Assembly (NCBI GenBank): GCA_965248755.1
Contig: OZ252149.1
Location: forward strand, 320,001 to 384,000
Length of the DNA: 64,000 bases
Direction of reading: 5' to 3'
Source: Candidatus Latescibacterota bacterium
Lineage (GTDB): Bacteria; Latescibacterota; CBDEFO01
Under the pieces are notes generated by a model, which worked only from the letters and a program-made list of their open reading frames with translations, did no database searches and was not told where the DNA came from. Positions 41,309 through 52,282 of this stretch are shown here, piece by piece. Positions within the stretch are counted from its first letter, which is position 1; each line of letters begins with the position of its first letter. The position numbers and the translations under genes are program-made.

Positions 41309-42544
41309 ATGCCCAAGTTAGCCGTCAACGGAGGAGAGAAAGTCCGCGTGAAACCTTTTACAGGCTGGCCAGTGCACGGCGAAAGAGAAAAAGAACTCGT
41401 AAACGAGGTACTCAGTAGTGGAAAATGGTGGTACGGAGAGAAAGTTCACGAGTTCGAGGAGAAATACGCAGCTTACCACGATGCAAGATTTGGCATCACC
41501 ACCACGAGTGGCACAACGGCCTTAGAGACTGCCATCCTATCTTTGAGAATCGGTGCGGGAGACGAAGTCATAGTCCCCGCCTACACATTTATGGCTACCG
41601 CAAGTTCAGTGTTAAAGATGAACGCCGTCCCCATCTTTGTTGACATAGAAATTGACACATGGAATATAGATCCCCAAAAGATAGAAGACGCCATAACCGA
41701 AAGGACCAAAGCCATCCTCCCCGTCCACTTTTCCGGACTCCCCGCCAATATGGATGAGATCAAGGAGATCGCCAAAAAACACAATCTCGGCGTAATAGAG
41801 GATGCTGCTCAAGCCTGGGGAAGCATATGGAACGGCACGAAAGTCGGAGCTATCGGAGATGTGGGCTGTTTCAGCTTCCAGATGAGCAAGAACATAACCG
41901 CAGGAGAAGGCGGCATACTCCTCACCAATAACGAAGAAATTGCAGATCAGGCTCGATCCTTCATCAACTGCGGCAGGGGTAAGGACAAGCCCTGGTACGA
42001 ACACTACATCCTTGGCACAAACTACAGAATGACTGAAATTCAGGGCGCCATTCTCCTTGCGCAGCTTGAACGATTCGAGCAACACAGCCACCTCAGAGAG
42101 AAAAACGCAGCCATACTCACGGAAGGATTCTCACAAATAGACGGAATTACGCCGGCAAAGAGAGACCCTCGCGTCGGCAGAAGCTCAAACCACCTCTACC
42201 TGATCAGATATGACCAGGATAAATTCGAGGGACTCCCAAGGGAACGCTTCGTAGAATCCGTTAACGCTGAAGGAGTACCCTTCGGAACGGGTTATGACAT
42301 ACCTCTCTACAAGCATCCAATCTTCCAGAATATGGGAGAAGGACCCAAATACCGTCCCGTATCGCGTTCCTACTACGCAGTGGAAATAGACTACACAAAA
42401 GTCTATCTTCCCAACTGCGAGAGAATCTGCAAGGAGACAGTGGGCTGGCTTAAACACAGCGTTCTTTTGGGAACAGAGGAAGATATGAAAGACATACTAA
42501 GAGCCGTCGAAAAAGTAAAGGAAAATGTGGATGAACTGCTGTAG
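41309..42544 (+). CDS. DegT/DnrJ/EryC1/StrS aminotransferase
   Basis: SGTTAL, GDEVIVP, IEDAAQA, SFQMSKNITAGEGG. Confidence 0.92.
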   Translation: MPKLAVNGGEKVRVKPFTGWPVHGEREKELVNEVLSSGKWWYGEKVHEFEEKYAAYHDARFGITTTSGTTALETAILSLRIGAGDEVIVPAYTFMATASSVLKMNAVPIFVDIEIDTWNIDPQKIEDAITERTKAILPVHFSGLPANMDEIKEIAKKHNLGVIEDAAQAWGSIWNGTKVGAIGDVGCFSFQMSKNITAGEGGILLTNNEEIADQARSFINCGRGKDKPWYEHYILGTNYRMTEIQGAILLAQLERFEQHSHLREKNAAILTEGFSQIDGITPAKRDPRVGRSSNHLYLIRYDQDKFEGLPRERFVESVNAEGVPFGTGYDIPLYKHPIFQNMGEGPKYRPVSRSYYAVEIDYTKVYLPNCERICKETVGWLKHSVLLGTEEDMKDILRAVEKVKENVDELL

Positions 42545-42605
42545 CGGCGTCAGATTATTACAGTAATTCCGTGAAGACGATTGAAGTTATAGCAAGGAAA
42601 ACCTA

Positions 42606-43352
42606 ATGGACTGCATCGACTTTGGTAGATCGTTTGTCTGCATGACGGGGCCAGCTAACGCACCCCAGTTTTGGGTCGAGTCCTACTGCAAGATCATAGA
42701 TGAAGAAAACGGGACTCAAGACGATTACTACCAGTGTGCATCGTGCAAGAGCGAACATACCTTTGCAGAAAAAGATCTCTTCCAGGATCCCAACTACGAT
42801 TTCCTGCCTGTCTTCAGTCAAGAGGACATCGTCTTCTTCAGAAGACACGCCCTCTGCAATCCAGACTACATCGAACCCCGCAGGGCAAACTACACTGAAT
42901 ACCTCAAGGCAAAAAATGTCTGGGGAGGACACAGATTTGTCATCAAGAAGGCAAATTCAGTGCAGGTTCTCGACGATAATGTAAAGGTTGTACAGACAGC
43001 GCTGAAGGGTCTGCCGGTCATCGGAAGGACCGAAATATGGGACGATAACACCAAGATGCGAGCGGTCATGGAATATCCTGTCAAGACCTTGAACGCCAAT
43101 GAGGGAAAAAACATCTACCAGGTCGATACCGGCCCTGTTTTGTTTCCCGATCTGACAAAGGGGTACGGTCCAAACATCGAGGCGTTGAGTCTGGCATTTG
43201 TAGCGTTCAACACTCCCCACTTCTCCGACTTTGTCATTGAAGAGCCGACACCCATAATTGAAAATGGGAAAGAGATCACCAGGGTTTATCACTACTCGGG
43301 CATCAAGAGTGATATACCAGCCAAAAACTCGCTCTTTTGCATTAACGAATAG
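42606..43352 (+). CDS. Hypothetical protein with CxxC (CASCKSEH)
   Basis: 248-aa ORF with RBS, co-oriented with the aminotransferase. Confidence 0.75.
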   Translation: MDCIDFGRSFVCMTGPANAPQFWVESYCKIIDEENGTQDDYYQCASCKSEHTFAEKDLFQDPNYDFLPVFSQEDIVFFRRHALCNPDYIEPRRANYTEYLKAKNVWGGHRFVIKKANSVQVLDDNVKVVQTALKGLPVIGRTEIWDDNTKMRAVMEYPVKTLNANEGKNIYQVDTGPVLFPDLTKGYGPNIEALSLAFVAFNTPHFSDFVIEEPTPIIENGKEITRVYHYSGIKSDIPAKNSLFCINE

Positions 43353-43380
43353 ATTATGCTTTAACCAATAGATTATGCTC

Positions 43381-44730
43381 CTATGCAGCCTCTATCCCTA
43401 AGTGCTTCATAGCATCTCCTACAACATAGAAAGAGCCCGTTACCAATATAAGATCATCCGGGGCAGCCTCCGAGCGCGCTTTGTCTATAGCCTCAGCCAC
43501 ATTCTGAGTTATTATCACCTTGCTTTTAGGCTTTTCTATCCCCTCATCTATAAACTCAGGCTCCACCGCCTTCGGGAAATCCACTTTCGTCAGCACTACT
43601 ATATCACACATATCCCCGATCTCTCTCCAGAATGCCGGTATGTCCTTGTCCAGATTTGCTCCGAATACTAATATCAACCTGCTGTATCTAAAAAACTCCT
43701 CCAAGGCCTCTCTGAGAGCTTTAGCCTTATCCGGATTATGCGCCCCATCTAAAACAAGGGTAGGCTTTTGGGAGACTATCTGAAGGCGCCCCGGCAATAC
43801 TACAGAAGACAATCCATCTCTAATTGCCCCTTCAGATAGGGCACCTCTCTGTTCGGGCGGAATATCTTCCGAAAGAGATAAGAGGTCTACAATCGCCACC
43901 GCCATAGCGGCGTTCTCCACCTGATGCCGTCCTATCAAAGGGATCCTGAGATCATCGTACTTTCTTTTCGGAGTACTTACAGAAAAAGTCTGACTTGACA
44001 AGCAGAATGACTCCCTTTTGAAATTCACATCCACGCCCAATTCCACCAACTTGGCCCCACTACGCTCACAGAAAGAACGGATGACCTCTGCGGCTTTCGG
44101 GGGCTGAACCCCACTTATTACAACTCCGTTCTCCTTGATAATCCCCGCTTTCTCCGACGCTATCCTCTCCACCGTATCCCCCAACTTATCCGTATGATCC
44201 AGGCCGATAGGAGTTATAGCCGAAAGGGCGGGAGAAAGAACATTCGTGGCGTCCAACCTCCCACCCATTCCCACTTCGACCACAGCAAAATTTACCTTCT
44301 TTTGAGAAAAATAGTCAAAAGATAGAGACGTCAACACCTCCCAGAAAGTTACGTCCTTAAACTCAGGCTTTCTCGTTATCTTTCGCACACAAGGCTCAAT
44401 GCGCTCGACCTCTCGACATATATCCTCTTTAGAGATCATCTTCCCGCCAACATTTATCCGCTCTCTGAAATCGAGAAGATGAGGAGACGTAAAGAGACCT
44501 ACGGAAAGCCCCGCTGACCTTAAGATGGACGCCACCATCGCAGCGGTAGACCCCTTTCCCTTCGTGCCAGCTATGTGCACAGCGTCAAAATCCCTGTGCG
44601 GATTCCCCAGGAGTTCAAGCAGAGCCGAAGTCCTCTCTATATTGTAAGAGCGGCGGTCGTATCTACTGTCTATTACCCTCTCGTAGTCTATGAAGCTGTA
44701 GACATAATCGTACGCCTCCTTGTAGTTCAT
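43381..44730 (-). CDS. folC: Folylpolyglutamate synthase/dihydrofolate synthase
   Basis: HIAGTKGKGST, FTSPHL, EVGMGGRLDATNV, LDGAHN. Confidence 0.95.
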   Translation of the reverse strand: MNYKEAYDYVYSFIDYERVIDSRYDRRSYNIERTSALLELLGNPHRDFDAVHIAGTKGKGSTAAMVASILRSAGLSVGLFTSPHLLDFRERINVGGKMISKEDICREVERIEPCVRKITRKPEFKDVTFWEVLTSLSFDYFSQKKVNFAVVEVGMGGRLDATNVLSPALSAITPIGLDHTDKLGDTVERIASEKAGIIKENGVVISGVQPPKAAEVIRSFCERSGAKLVELGVDVNFKRESFCLSSQTFSVSTPKRKYDDLRIPLIGRHQVENAAMAVAIVDLLSLSEDIPPEQRGALSEGAIRDGLSSVVLPGRLQIVSQKPTLVLDGAHNPDKAKALREALEEFFRYSRLILVFGANLDKDIPAFWREIGDMCDIVVLTKVDFPKAVEPEFIDEGIEKPKSKVIITQNVAEAIDKARSEAAPDDLILVTGSFYVVGDAMKHLGIEAA

Positions 44731-44749
44731 ATCCTCTTTGCCTTGTTTT

Positions 44750-45434
44750 CATCGCCCATCTGCTGATTCATATCCCAAAGCCCGTCGCACATCATCGAGG
44801 GGGGCTCAAAACGTGATAGGTGATGTTCTGGGACTCCACAACTTTTCGGGAAAACTGTGCGGCGGCGTCATTGCTCAGCCACAATGCATAGGCCCGGCCA
44901 GTGCGTAGGGAGGAGTATTTTCATCCGTTCTGACCCAACCTATCCTGAACATAATCACCTCCAACCCGTACGCCTGATGAAAACTTAAAGATAGCTTCTC
45001 CTCTATATACTTTACAGCCCCATAGGGATTTCCAGGGTTCGGTTCTGTTTCAGGAGTGTAAGTCTCCGGTGGCTGTTCAGCATGTTCGTATCCGCTTAAG
45101 GTATGATTGGAGCTTGCCATTCCGATTCGCTTTACGCCACGGTAGACGCAAGCATTTAGCACGTTGGCAGCCAAACTGAAATTAACTCCTGCCTCCCTCC
45201 ACGATATTGATGCACTCGGATTGGAGGCAAAATGGAGGACCACATCTATAGATTCAAAGTGCTCCGTCAATCATTTATTGTACCGGCGCACGTCCGCTTC
45301 AATAATCCCTTGTCCAACCTTACAATATATCAAGGTCAGAACATGATAAGGACTGAGAGCTTTAGCTATATTGGATCCGATATTCCCCGCAGCACCAGCA
45401 ATCAGCACTGTTTTTCTATCTGTCTTCAGGGCAT
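44750..45434 (-). pseudogene. NAD-dependent epimerase/dehydratase (uronate-dehydrogenase-like), degraded
   Basis: IAGAAGNIGS, in-frame TGA before 45270, ASSNH, YGAVK, frameshifted ends. Confidence 0.75.
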
Positions 45435-45453
45435 CTCTCCCTTTTTTGATCGA

Positions 45454-45972
45454 TCAGTAGAATATGAAACCTATGATTCCCGCCCCTAAGATTGTCCACA
45501 AAGGATGCACGTTCAAAAAGACCACTAACACAAATGCAGCAAGAGCAATTGCTGCCGTGTGCCACGAAATCACAGACTTGGGGAATATCTCGTAGACTAT
45601 CATGAACATAAGCGCCACGATCACCGGCCTGACCGCCTCAAGGACCGACTTGGTCTTGGGAGAATCCTTTATCTCAAAAAATACTGTGACCAGAACCAAC
45701 ATAGCCACAGCCGAAGGGAATATTACGCCTATTATCCCCGATATAGCCCCCAGGATACCGGCGATCTTAAATCCCACATAGGCAGCCATCTTGGTGGCTA
45801 TCGGACCTGGGAGCGCATTCCCCAAAGCAAGGGCATCCGTAAACTCCTCGACGGTCATCCACCTGTTTACATCCACAACCTCCTCCTGGATCAGAGGCAG
45901 CATTGAAGGTCCTCCGCCGAATCCAAAGATCCCGACCTTGGCGAAGGAATAAAAAATCTTAAGTATTTCCAC
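45454..45972 (-). CDS. chrA: Short-chain chromate transporter family protein
   Basis: FGFGGG, LPGP, RPVIV. Confidence 0.85.
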   Translation of the reverse strand: MEILKIFYSFAKVGIFGFGGGPSMLPLIQEEVVDVNRWMTVEEFTDALALGNALPGPIATKMAAYVGFKIAGILGAISGIIGVIFPSAVAMLVLVTVFFEIKDSPKTKSVLEAVRPVIVALMFMIVYEIFPKSVISWHTAAIALAAFVLVVFLNVHPLWTILGAGIIGFIFY

Positions 45973-46202
45973 TGTCCCTCCTCATATTTCAGTAGACAGT
46001 AGTCAGTAGACAGGGCACCGCCTCCCATCCCTGTATACTGTTGGCTGTCTGCATATTTTGACTATGTTCGGTGCAAAATGCACAAATTTAACTGGATATT
46101 TGAAAGACAAATACTTATCTTATTCCATTGCCAACCCAAGAAATATAAGACCGATAAATCCACAAGTCAAGCTCATATTAGTTATCCACAGGAGCGTACG
46201 AC

Positions 46203-47297
46203 ATGCACAAAGATCAACTCGAAACTCCCGTAGCTGTGGTAGATCTGGACAAACTCTCCAGAAATATTTGCGAAATGCAGGAGGCAGTCCAGAGCTATGG
46301 GGTCAAACTCCGTCCCCACATCAAGAGCCATAAGATACCGGAGATCGCCCGAATGCAGATAGGGGCGGGAGCTGTAGGCATCACGGTCGCCAAACTCGGC
46401 GAAGCGGAGATTATGTGCTGTGAGGGAATAGAAGACATATTTGTCGCCTATCCCCTTATAGGCGAACGTAAGATGAGGCGATTAGAAGCCCTAATGGATA
46501 GATGCAAAATAAGAACCTCCGTAGAGGACCTGGAAGCCGCCTCGATGATGTCGGATTACCTAAAACCAAGAGGGCTTTCCGTAGACGTACTGATAGAGGT
46601 AGACACAGGCTTTAAGCGCACAGGGGTTCTACCGGGAGAGCCGACTTTGCAGTTTGCAAGAGACATATCCAAGCTCGACGGCATCAATATCATAGGGATA
46701 TACTCTCACGCAGGGCATGTACATACTACCGATGACAGAAAACAGGGAATAAAGATAGGCACAGAATCTGCCGAAGAAATGGTAGCAAACGCTGATCTAC
46801 TGCGGGGTGACGGCTTCAACATCGAAGAAATCAGCATGGGTGCCACGCCCACCTCGGCAGAGACCTGCAAGGTCAAAGGAGTCACTGAAGAAAGACCCGG
46901 AAACTACGTCTATTACGACGCATCAGCCGTAGGGTTGAACGTAGTAGACCAGGAAAGATGTGCCCTTAGTGTCATATCCACAGTAGTCAGCAGACCTGCA
47001 CGAGACAGAGCCGTCATAGATGGAGGAAATAAAACCTTCACAAGCGACACACATCCCTTTGCAAAGGGACTGGGAATAATCAAGGGAATAGACGGAGTCA
47101 TCTACGATTGGTCGAACGAAGAACACGGAATCCTGAGGTTGGACAAGCCATCCAAAGATATAAAGATCGGTGACAGATTGGAGATAATCCCCGTACACGC
47201 CTGTGTAGTATCCAACCTGTGGGACGAAATAGTCGGAATAAGAAACGATAAAGTCGAATTAGCCTGGAAGGTCAAGGCCAGAGGAATGGTGAAATAA
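46203..47297 (+). CDS. PLP fold-III DSD1/D-threonine aldolase-like enzyme
   Basis: LRPHIKSHK, EVDTG, RPGNYVYYD, EEHG, PVHAC. Confidence 0.88.
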   Translation: MHKDQLETPVAVVDLDKLSRNICEMQEAVQSYGVKLRPHIKSHKIPEIARMQIGAGAVGITVAKLGEAEIMCCEGIEDIFVAYPLIGERKMRRLEALMDRCKIRTSVEDLEAASMMSDYLKPRGLSVDVLIEVDTGFKRTGVLPGEPTLQFARDISKLDGINIIGIYSHAGHVHTTDDRKQGIKIGTESAEEMVANADLLRGDGFNIEEISMGATPTSAETCKVKGVTEERPGNYVYYDASAVGLNVVDQERCALSVISTVVSRPARDRAVIDGGNKTFTSDTHPFAKGLGIIKGIDGVIYDWSNEEHGILRLDKPSKDIKIGDRLEIIPVHACVVSNLWDEIVGIRNDKVELAWKVKARGMVK

Positions 47298-47433
47298 GTA
47301 GAAAGCGACGGGGGGAACAGTGGAAAAAAATTACTTGACAACTGATCAATAAGCTCATGGTTCGCGTCCTTCTGAATACGACATAACAACGCAATGGGCT
47401 ACGAAAACTCTGTCGAAGCCCGTTGCGTTGTTT

Positions 47434-47625
47434 CTACTGTTTTTCTACTGTAAATCTCCTAAACCCGCCAAACAACTGGTCGTCCAGTCGCTTTGCTGCC
47501 TCCCGATGAACCTCCGGCATCAGATGACCATACCGATCCAGTGTCGTTGTGATGGACGCATGTCCAAGCTGATTCTGGATATACTTGGGACTTTCCCCAT
47601 GGGCGATCAACAAGCTGGCGTAAGT
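47434..47625 (-). pseudogene. Tyrosine integrase C-terminal remnant
   Basis: TYASLLIAHGESPKYIQNQLGHASITTTLDRYGHL...stop; 5' part missing. Confidence 0.88.
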
Positions 47626-47787
47626 GAGAGCGTCAGATCGTTCTTGCCACTATTCGAGGTGTCGCGACCAATTCAGTAGCACAGAGGCGATCCGATCACC
47701 GATGGAGCGCAGAGACATGTGGAGGGCGCAATCGCGTCGCGTTGTGTTCGCGTCGAGACAATGGCCTGATGTCGTTCGGACAAGAGC

Positions 47788-48684
47788 GTGAGTTACTCGA
47801 GCGCGGTTCGTGACATCCTGCGATGCGAAGGCATCGATGATCCGATCTTCCTCGGAGAGGGCGAAGATGCCATCGCCTTCTGGTTCTCCGACAATGAGGC
47901 GATCCGCATATTCTCGGAGGCGTCGCCAGAATTTGTCTCAGAGTTGGCGGCTTTCTACGAGCGTCTCCGAGAGCATCCGTTCTCTTTCCAGTGTCCGTGC
48001 ATTCACGACGTGCGAACACACAGAGGCGTCGCCTACACAATCGAGACGAAGCTACCCGGTCGTCCAATGGGAGAGGTCTGCCGCGACGTTGATGGGAATG
48101 CGCGTCAGCGGATTCTGCGGAACTATCATGACGCGATCCGAGAGTTGTCGGCGGTTGAGATGAACGACTGCGATTTCGGCGGTCTGATTCCCTCGACCGT
48201 CTGGCTGACGGCTACGTCATGGGAGGAGTTCCTACGTCGTCAGTTGGAGGCGTCGTTGCGAAATATTGGATCGCGACTGTCGGGGGAGTTTCCCGATCTC
48301 GGCCGCGTTGTTTCGCGGCTCGAAGCGATGATCGATGGTCCGATGAGTTGGGAAAGGAAATCGCTTGCCCATGGTGACGGATATCCCGGGAACGTCCTTA
48401 TAGGCGACGGCGGAGAGGTCGCGACGATCCTGGATTTCGGCAGGCATTCTCTTGTCGGGGACCCGCGTCTGGATATCGCCATCGCCATCGAATTGACAGA
48501 GATGGAGCGGGGCTTCACGCCGGAGGATACAGCTTATCTGCGCGGACTGATCGACGACGACCCCACGGTGGCGAACGCCTGCCGCGCCGTCACGGCGATC
48601 CTTCTTGCAGCTGAGTATCGCGGGGACGAGCGCATCGTACGGAAGTGTCTGGGAAGCTTGCGGGAGACGACCGGCAAGTTCTGA
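47788..48684 (+). CDS. Aminoglycoside phosphotransferase (APH)-family kinase
   Basis: LGEGED, HGDGYPGNVL, ILDFG, GDPRLD. Confidence 0.8.
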   Translation: MSYSSAVRDILRCEGIDDPIFLGEGEDAIAFWFSDNEAIRIFSEASPEFVSELAAFYERLREHPFSFQCPCIHDVRTHRGVAYTIETKLPGRPMGEVCRDVDGNARQRILRNYHDAIRELSAVEMNDCDFGGLIPSTVWLTATSWEEFLRRQLEASLRNIGSRLSGEFPDLGRVVSRLEAMIDGPMSWERKSLAHGDGYPGNVLIGDGGEVATILDFGRHSLVGDPRLDIAIAIELTEMERGFTPEDTAYLRGLIDDDPTVANACRAVTAILLAAEYRGDERIVRKCLGSLRETTGKF

Positions 48685-48734
48685 TCGTCCGGAGTGGCAC
48701 GAATGCGTCGAGGAGACCATAACGCAATGAAAAT

Positions 48735-48860
48735 GCATAACATGCAATGGACCAGACGGCTCTTGCGGAGGTTCATGTTCCTGGACGATAATTCGCCGAG
48801 TGATGTCGCTTGAGTCAAAGCAATCGGTGTGTCTGGCCGCAGGTCATTGCTGCGTTAATC
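48735..48860 (+). other. attC-like integron cassette recombination site
   Basis: GCATAAC...GCAATGGACC...GGTCATTGC...GTTAATC; the inner arms pair with one extrahelical G. Confidence 0.7.
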
Positions 48861-49116
48861 CGTGTGTATTTGGTATTGGTACAGGAATGAAGAATCCCAC
48901 TTCATATATTACATCCATTTACGCTGCGGCGCATTCGCGGTTTCGGTAACTGGAAAACGTTATGAGAGATGCCAAGATTATACTTCCAGTCAAGCTACTA
49001 GGAAGGGGATTATCGGTTGTATGCCAGAGCGATTAGAGCAATTCGATTATCAAAATGAAGGTCTATTTTACCTATGTTACCTCCAATGAATCAAAAGGTA
49101 TCAGAGGACGCGAAAA

Positions 49117-49580
49117 ATGGGTGAACGCTTGAAGGATAAGGTCGCCATCGTCACAGGGGCAGGCTCCTCAGGTCCTGGATGGGGCAATGGCAAGGCGACC
49201 GCAGTACTCTTTGCACGCGAGGGGGCACAGGTATTCACCGTTGACATCAATCTGCCGCAGCCCAGGAGACCCAGGCCATCATCGACAAAGAAGGCGGTGA
49301 CTGTACCGTACACCAGACAGATGTGTCTCGCGCTGACCAGGTCGAAGCTATGGTCGAGCACTGCCTCGGCACCTATGGGCACATCGACATCCTCCACAAC
49401 AACGTCGGCATCTTGGAGTTGGGTGGGCCCGTGGAGACCAGCGAGGAAAGCTGGGACCGGGTCTGCGACGTCAATCTCAAGAGTATGTTCCTCACCTGCA
49501 AATCGGTCCTGCCACATATGGAACAGCAAAGGGGTGGCGCCATCGTCAACATCTCGTCGGTTGCCGGCATCGTGTTCTTG
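49117..49580 (+). pseudogene. SDR oxidoreductase, frameshifted and truncated
   Basis: VTGAGS..GNG, frameshift near 49250, NNVG, IVNISS, then cut by the convergent DASS gene. Confidence 0.85.
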
Positions 49581-49591
49581 GCGGTCGGCGC

Positions 49592-51001
49592 CTACCACCA
49601 CCCAATCAGCTTCCACCATGCCAAGCCTACGCCGAGCCAGATCACGAGGTGGAAAAGTGACATGAGGAAGCCGATCCGGAACCACTTGCCCGGGTCCACG
49701 TAGCCGAGGCCGAAGTAGATGATGACCGGCCCCGTCGAGTAGTTCGTCGTGCAAGCGCATAGGTTCGAGAAGTAGGCGAGTACTGCCACCGTCAAAAACG
49801 GGGGGGTGTCTGCGGCTAGAGCCACGGCAAAGAACGCAGCCACCATCGCGGAGATATGGGCCGTGAGCATGGAGAAGCCGTACATGGAATAGAAGTAGAT
49901 AAGGCCCAGCGTCACAACAACAACAAGGCCGGAAAGCCCAGAGACCTGGGTCTGCACGGACAGGGCAAACCAGTCGACGACGCCCAGGCCTTTGAGAGCG
50001 TTGGCCATAGTAAGCAGGCCGCCCAGCCATACGAGACAGTCCCAAGCCTTGGCGTTGTTCTTAACGTCGTCCCACGTGTCGACTTCGGTCAGCTGCAGCA
50101 CCAGCACGCCGATCCAGGCAACGAGTGACGTGCCCATACCGTGAATTGGCTTCGTCGACCACAGAACCAGCAGGAGCACGAAAACGGCCCCCGTAATCTT
50201 CTCCTTGCGCGAAAGAGCACCCATCCGGTCGAGCTCTTGAGTGGCCCGCTTCTGAGCCTCTGCAGTGCTCTTCAACTCCGGCGTAGACAACAAGCGCATC
50301 CACAACGGCAGCAGTCCGAGACCGACCAGCCCCGGCACCAAGCCGCCGAGGGCCCACGCGCCCCAGCCGAATTCGATGCCGAGTATATCTCCAGCCGCTT
50401 TGGCAACCAATGGGTTCGCCGCCATACCGGTCATGAACATTGCCGCGGTGATCAGATTGGCGTGGGCACCCACCAGGGTCAGGTATGCCCCAGCTTTCTC
50501 GCGAGTCTCGGTATCTGGCTCCGACTGCAACGACCTGGCGAGGGATTGGGCGATCGGCGCGAGGATCCCGCCGCCGCGCGCGGTGTTGGACGGCACCACT
50601 GGCCCAAGGATGAGTTCCGCACCACACTGCGCATAGCCAAGGCCCAGCATGGACCTACCGAGGCGCTTGACCAGCAACAACGCGATGCGCCTGCCGAACC
50701 CGGTTCGCTCAACCGTGCCGGCGATCAGGAACGCGGCGACCACCAGCCACACGGTCTGGTCTCCAAACCCATGCAGTAGGGCTTTGAATTCGATCGTGCC
50801 TGTGGCCGCAAGCGCAACCAGAGCCAGCAGGACCATGGGCCCCATCGCCAACGGCTTGATGAGGAAACTTGCAATGGTGGCGACGAAAATCCCGACCAGG
50901 TGCCACCCGCTCGTGCTGATCCCGTCCGGCGCGGGAACGACCCAACCGAGTGCCCCGATAGCTGCGCAGACCCCTAACCGTACCAATACTGATTGTTCCA
51001 A
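49592..51001 (-). CDS. DASS-family anion transporter (2-oxoglutarate/malate translocator-like)
   Basis: WLVVAAF, TGFGRRIA, PSNTARGGGI, TGMAANPL. Confidence 0.9.
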   Translation of the reverse strand: MEQSVLVRLGVCAAIGALGWVVPAPDGISTSGWHLVGIFVATIASFLIKPLAMGPMVLLALVALAATGTIEFKALLHGFGDQTVWLVVAAFLIAGTVERTGFGRRIALLLVKRLGRSMLGLGYAQCGAELILGPVVPSNTARGGGILAPIAQSLARSLQSEPDTETREKAGAYLTLVGAHANLITAAMFMTGMAANPLVAKAAGDILGIEFGWGAWALGGLVPGLVGLGLLPLWMRLLSTPELKSTAEAQKRATQELDRMGALSRKEKITGAVFVLLLVLWSTKPIHGMGTSLVAWIGVLVLQLTEVDTWDDVKNNAKAWDCLVWLGGLLTMANALKGLGVVDWFALSVQTQVSGLSGLVVVVTLGLIYFYSMYGFSMLTAHISAMVAAFFAVALAADTPPFLTVAVLAYFSNLCACTTNYSTGPVIIYFGLGYVDPGKWFRIGFLMSLFHLVIWLGVGLAWWKLIGWW

Positions 51002-51367
51002 TTAGCCCTCCTGGAGGATGTTGCATAATGCCTCTTGTAGCTTAGGCGTTAGCTTCGTCTTTCGACCTATTTTCTTTTTATTTTTTTTCATCAGTTTTGC
51101 CTCCTTTGCGTCTGCCAACAAAAAATCCGACGATTCGATGGGGATCCCAGTCATCGGCTTTTACCTTCTTCGAACTCCTACGGGGAAGCTATCCCCATGG
51201 ATTCGTTGGCAATGTAGAATATAGCTACTTTCTTGTTACACTAAATATACAAAATAATCTCTACTTGCAAGACTCAAATGTGGATTATGTAACCAATGAT
51301 TGGGTAATACCACAGCAGATGTGGCGGAATCATCATCTTGATCGTCCGGCCCCCGAATGCTGGGCGC

Positions 51368-52219
51368 CTAGCATGGCTCGTCGCCGGCCAGCGTGACACG
51401 ATGCATTATGCGCCTGAACCCCTGATAGTCATTCACTGGATTGTGCTGGGCGCAGCGATTATCCCAGAGGGCGAGGGAGCCTTGCCCCCAGCGAAAGCGG
51501 CAGGTGAACTCTGGCCTGACTTGGTGCTCGAAGAGGTAGTCGAGCAGAGACCGGCTTTCCTGTTCCGTCCAACCCTCGAAGTGCGTCGTGTGGGCGTTGT
51601 TGACGTAAAGCGCCTTGCGCCCAGTCTCCGGGTGCGTGCGAACCGCAGGATGCACTGCGCCTAGCACTTTCAGTTCCGCGCCTGCGTCGCGTAAGCGGTC
51701 CTCTCGCGTCTTGGCGACCTCGGGTTTCGTCGAGGTATTGACGCCGACCAGGCCGGCGAGCGTTTTCTTAAGACCCTCCGAGAGTGTCTCGTAGGCCATA
51801 TACTGGTTGGCGAAAATCGTATCGCCGCCGTAGGATGGGACCTCAACCGCGTAGAGCATGCTCGCCATCGGCGGACGCTCCAGATAAGTGGTGTCAGAAT
51901 GCCAGACGCCGCCGAAATTCAGCCGCTCGTGCTCCAGCTTGATCACCGCTGTGATCAACGGACATTCGGGAAGTCCCTTCATCTGTGGGTATTCCATTGG
52001 CTGGCCGAACTGCTGGGCAAAGGCGAGCTGCTCCTGTGGAGTGAGTTCTTGGTTGCGGAAGAAGATCACCAGATGGTCGAGGAAGGCCTGGCGGATCTCC
52101 GAAATGGTTTCACGTTTCAGGGGCCGCCCGATATCCACGCCTTTGATTTCGGCGCCGAGCGCACCGGAGATTGGGCACACCTTGATGGTACGATAGGTAC
52201 GGCACACTGCGTTTTCCAT
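51368..52219 (-). CDS. tauD: TauD/TfdA family dioxygenase
   Basis: WHSDTT, GGDTIFAN, RTHPETGRK, WDNRCAQH. Confidence 0.9.
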   Translation of the reverse strand: MENAVCRTYRTIKVCPISGALGAEIKGVDIGRPLKRETISEIRQAFLDHLVIFFRNQELTPQEQLAFAQQFGQPMEYPQMKGLPECPLITAVIKLEHERLNFGGVWHSDTTYLERPPMASMLYAVEVPSYGGDTIFANQYMAYETLSEGLKKTLAGLVGVNTSTKPEVAKTREDRLRDAGAELKVLGAVHPAVRTHPETGRKALYVNNAHTTHFEGWTEQESRSLLDYLFEHQVRPEFTCRFRWGQGSLALWDNRCAQHNPVNDYQGFRRIMHRVTLAGDEPC

Positions 52220-52244
52220 TTTTTCCCTTTCGCCAGGCCCCTCA

Positions 52245-52282
52245 GTCTAACGACTCAGTTGAGTTGCAACGGATGGTTAGTC
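52245..52282 (-). other. Collapsed attC-like site (internal deletion)
   Basis: GACTAAC-CATCCGTTGCA...GTTAGAC; overlaps the upstream stop codon and lies about 25 nt before the tauD ATG. Confidence 0.5.

Noticed and set aside
43348..43379. 13-bp direct repeat AATAGATTATGCT between convergent genes
   Set aside because: Only 6 bp separate the copies; a likely slippage or excision scar with no further support.
47336..47372. tRNA-like att remnant (GGTTCGCGTCC) beside the integrase tail
   Set aside because: Only a weak T-loop resemblance; no cloverleaf or CCA end.
47434..47625. The missing integron integrase intI
   Set aside because: The sequence resembles phage/ICE integrases (YGHL tail), not the IntI pattern DIRTVQELLGH..V.TT.IYTH, and it is at the wrong end of the array.
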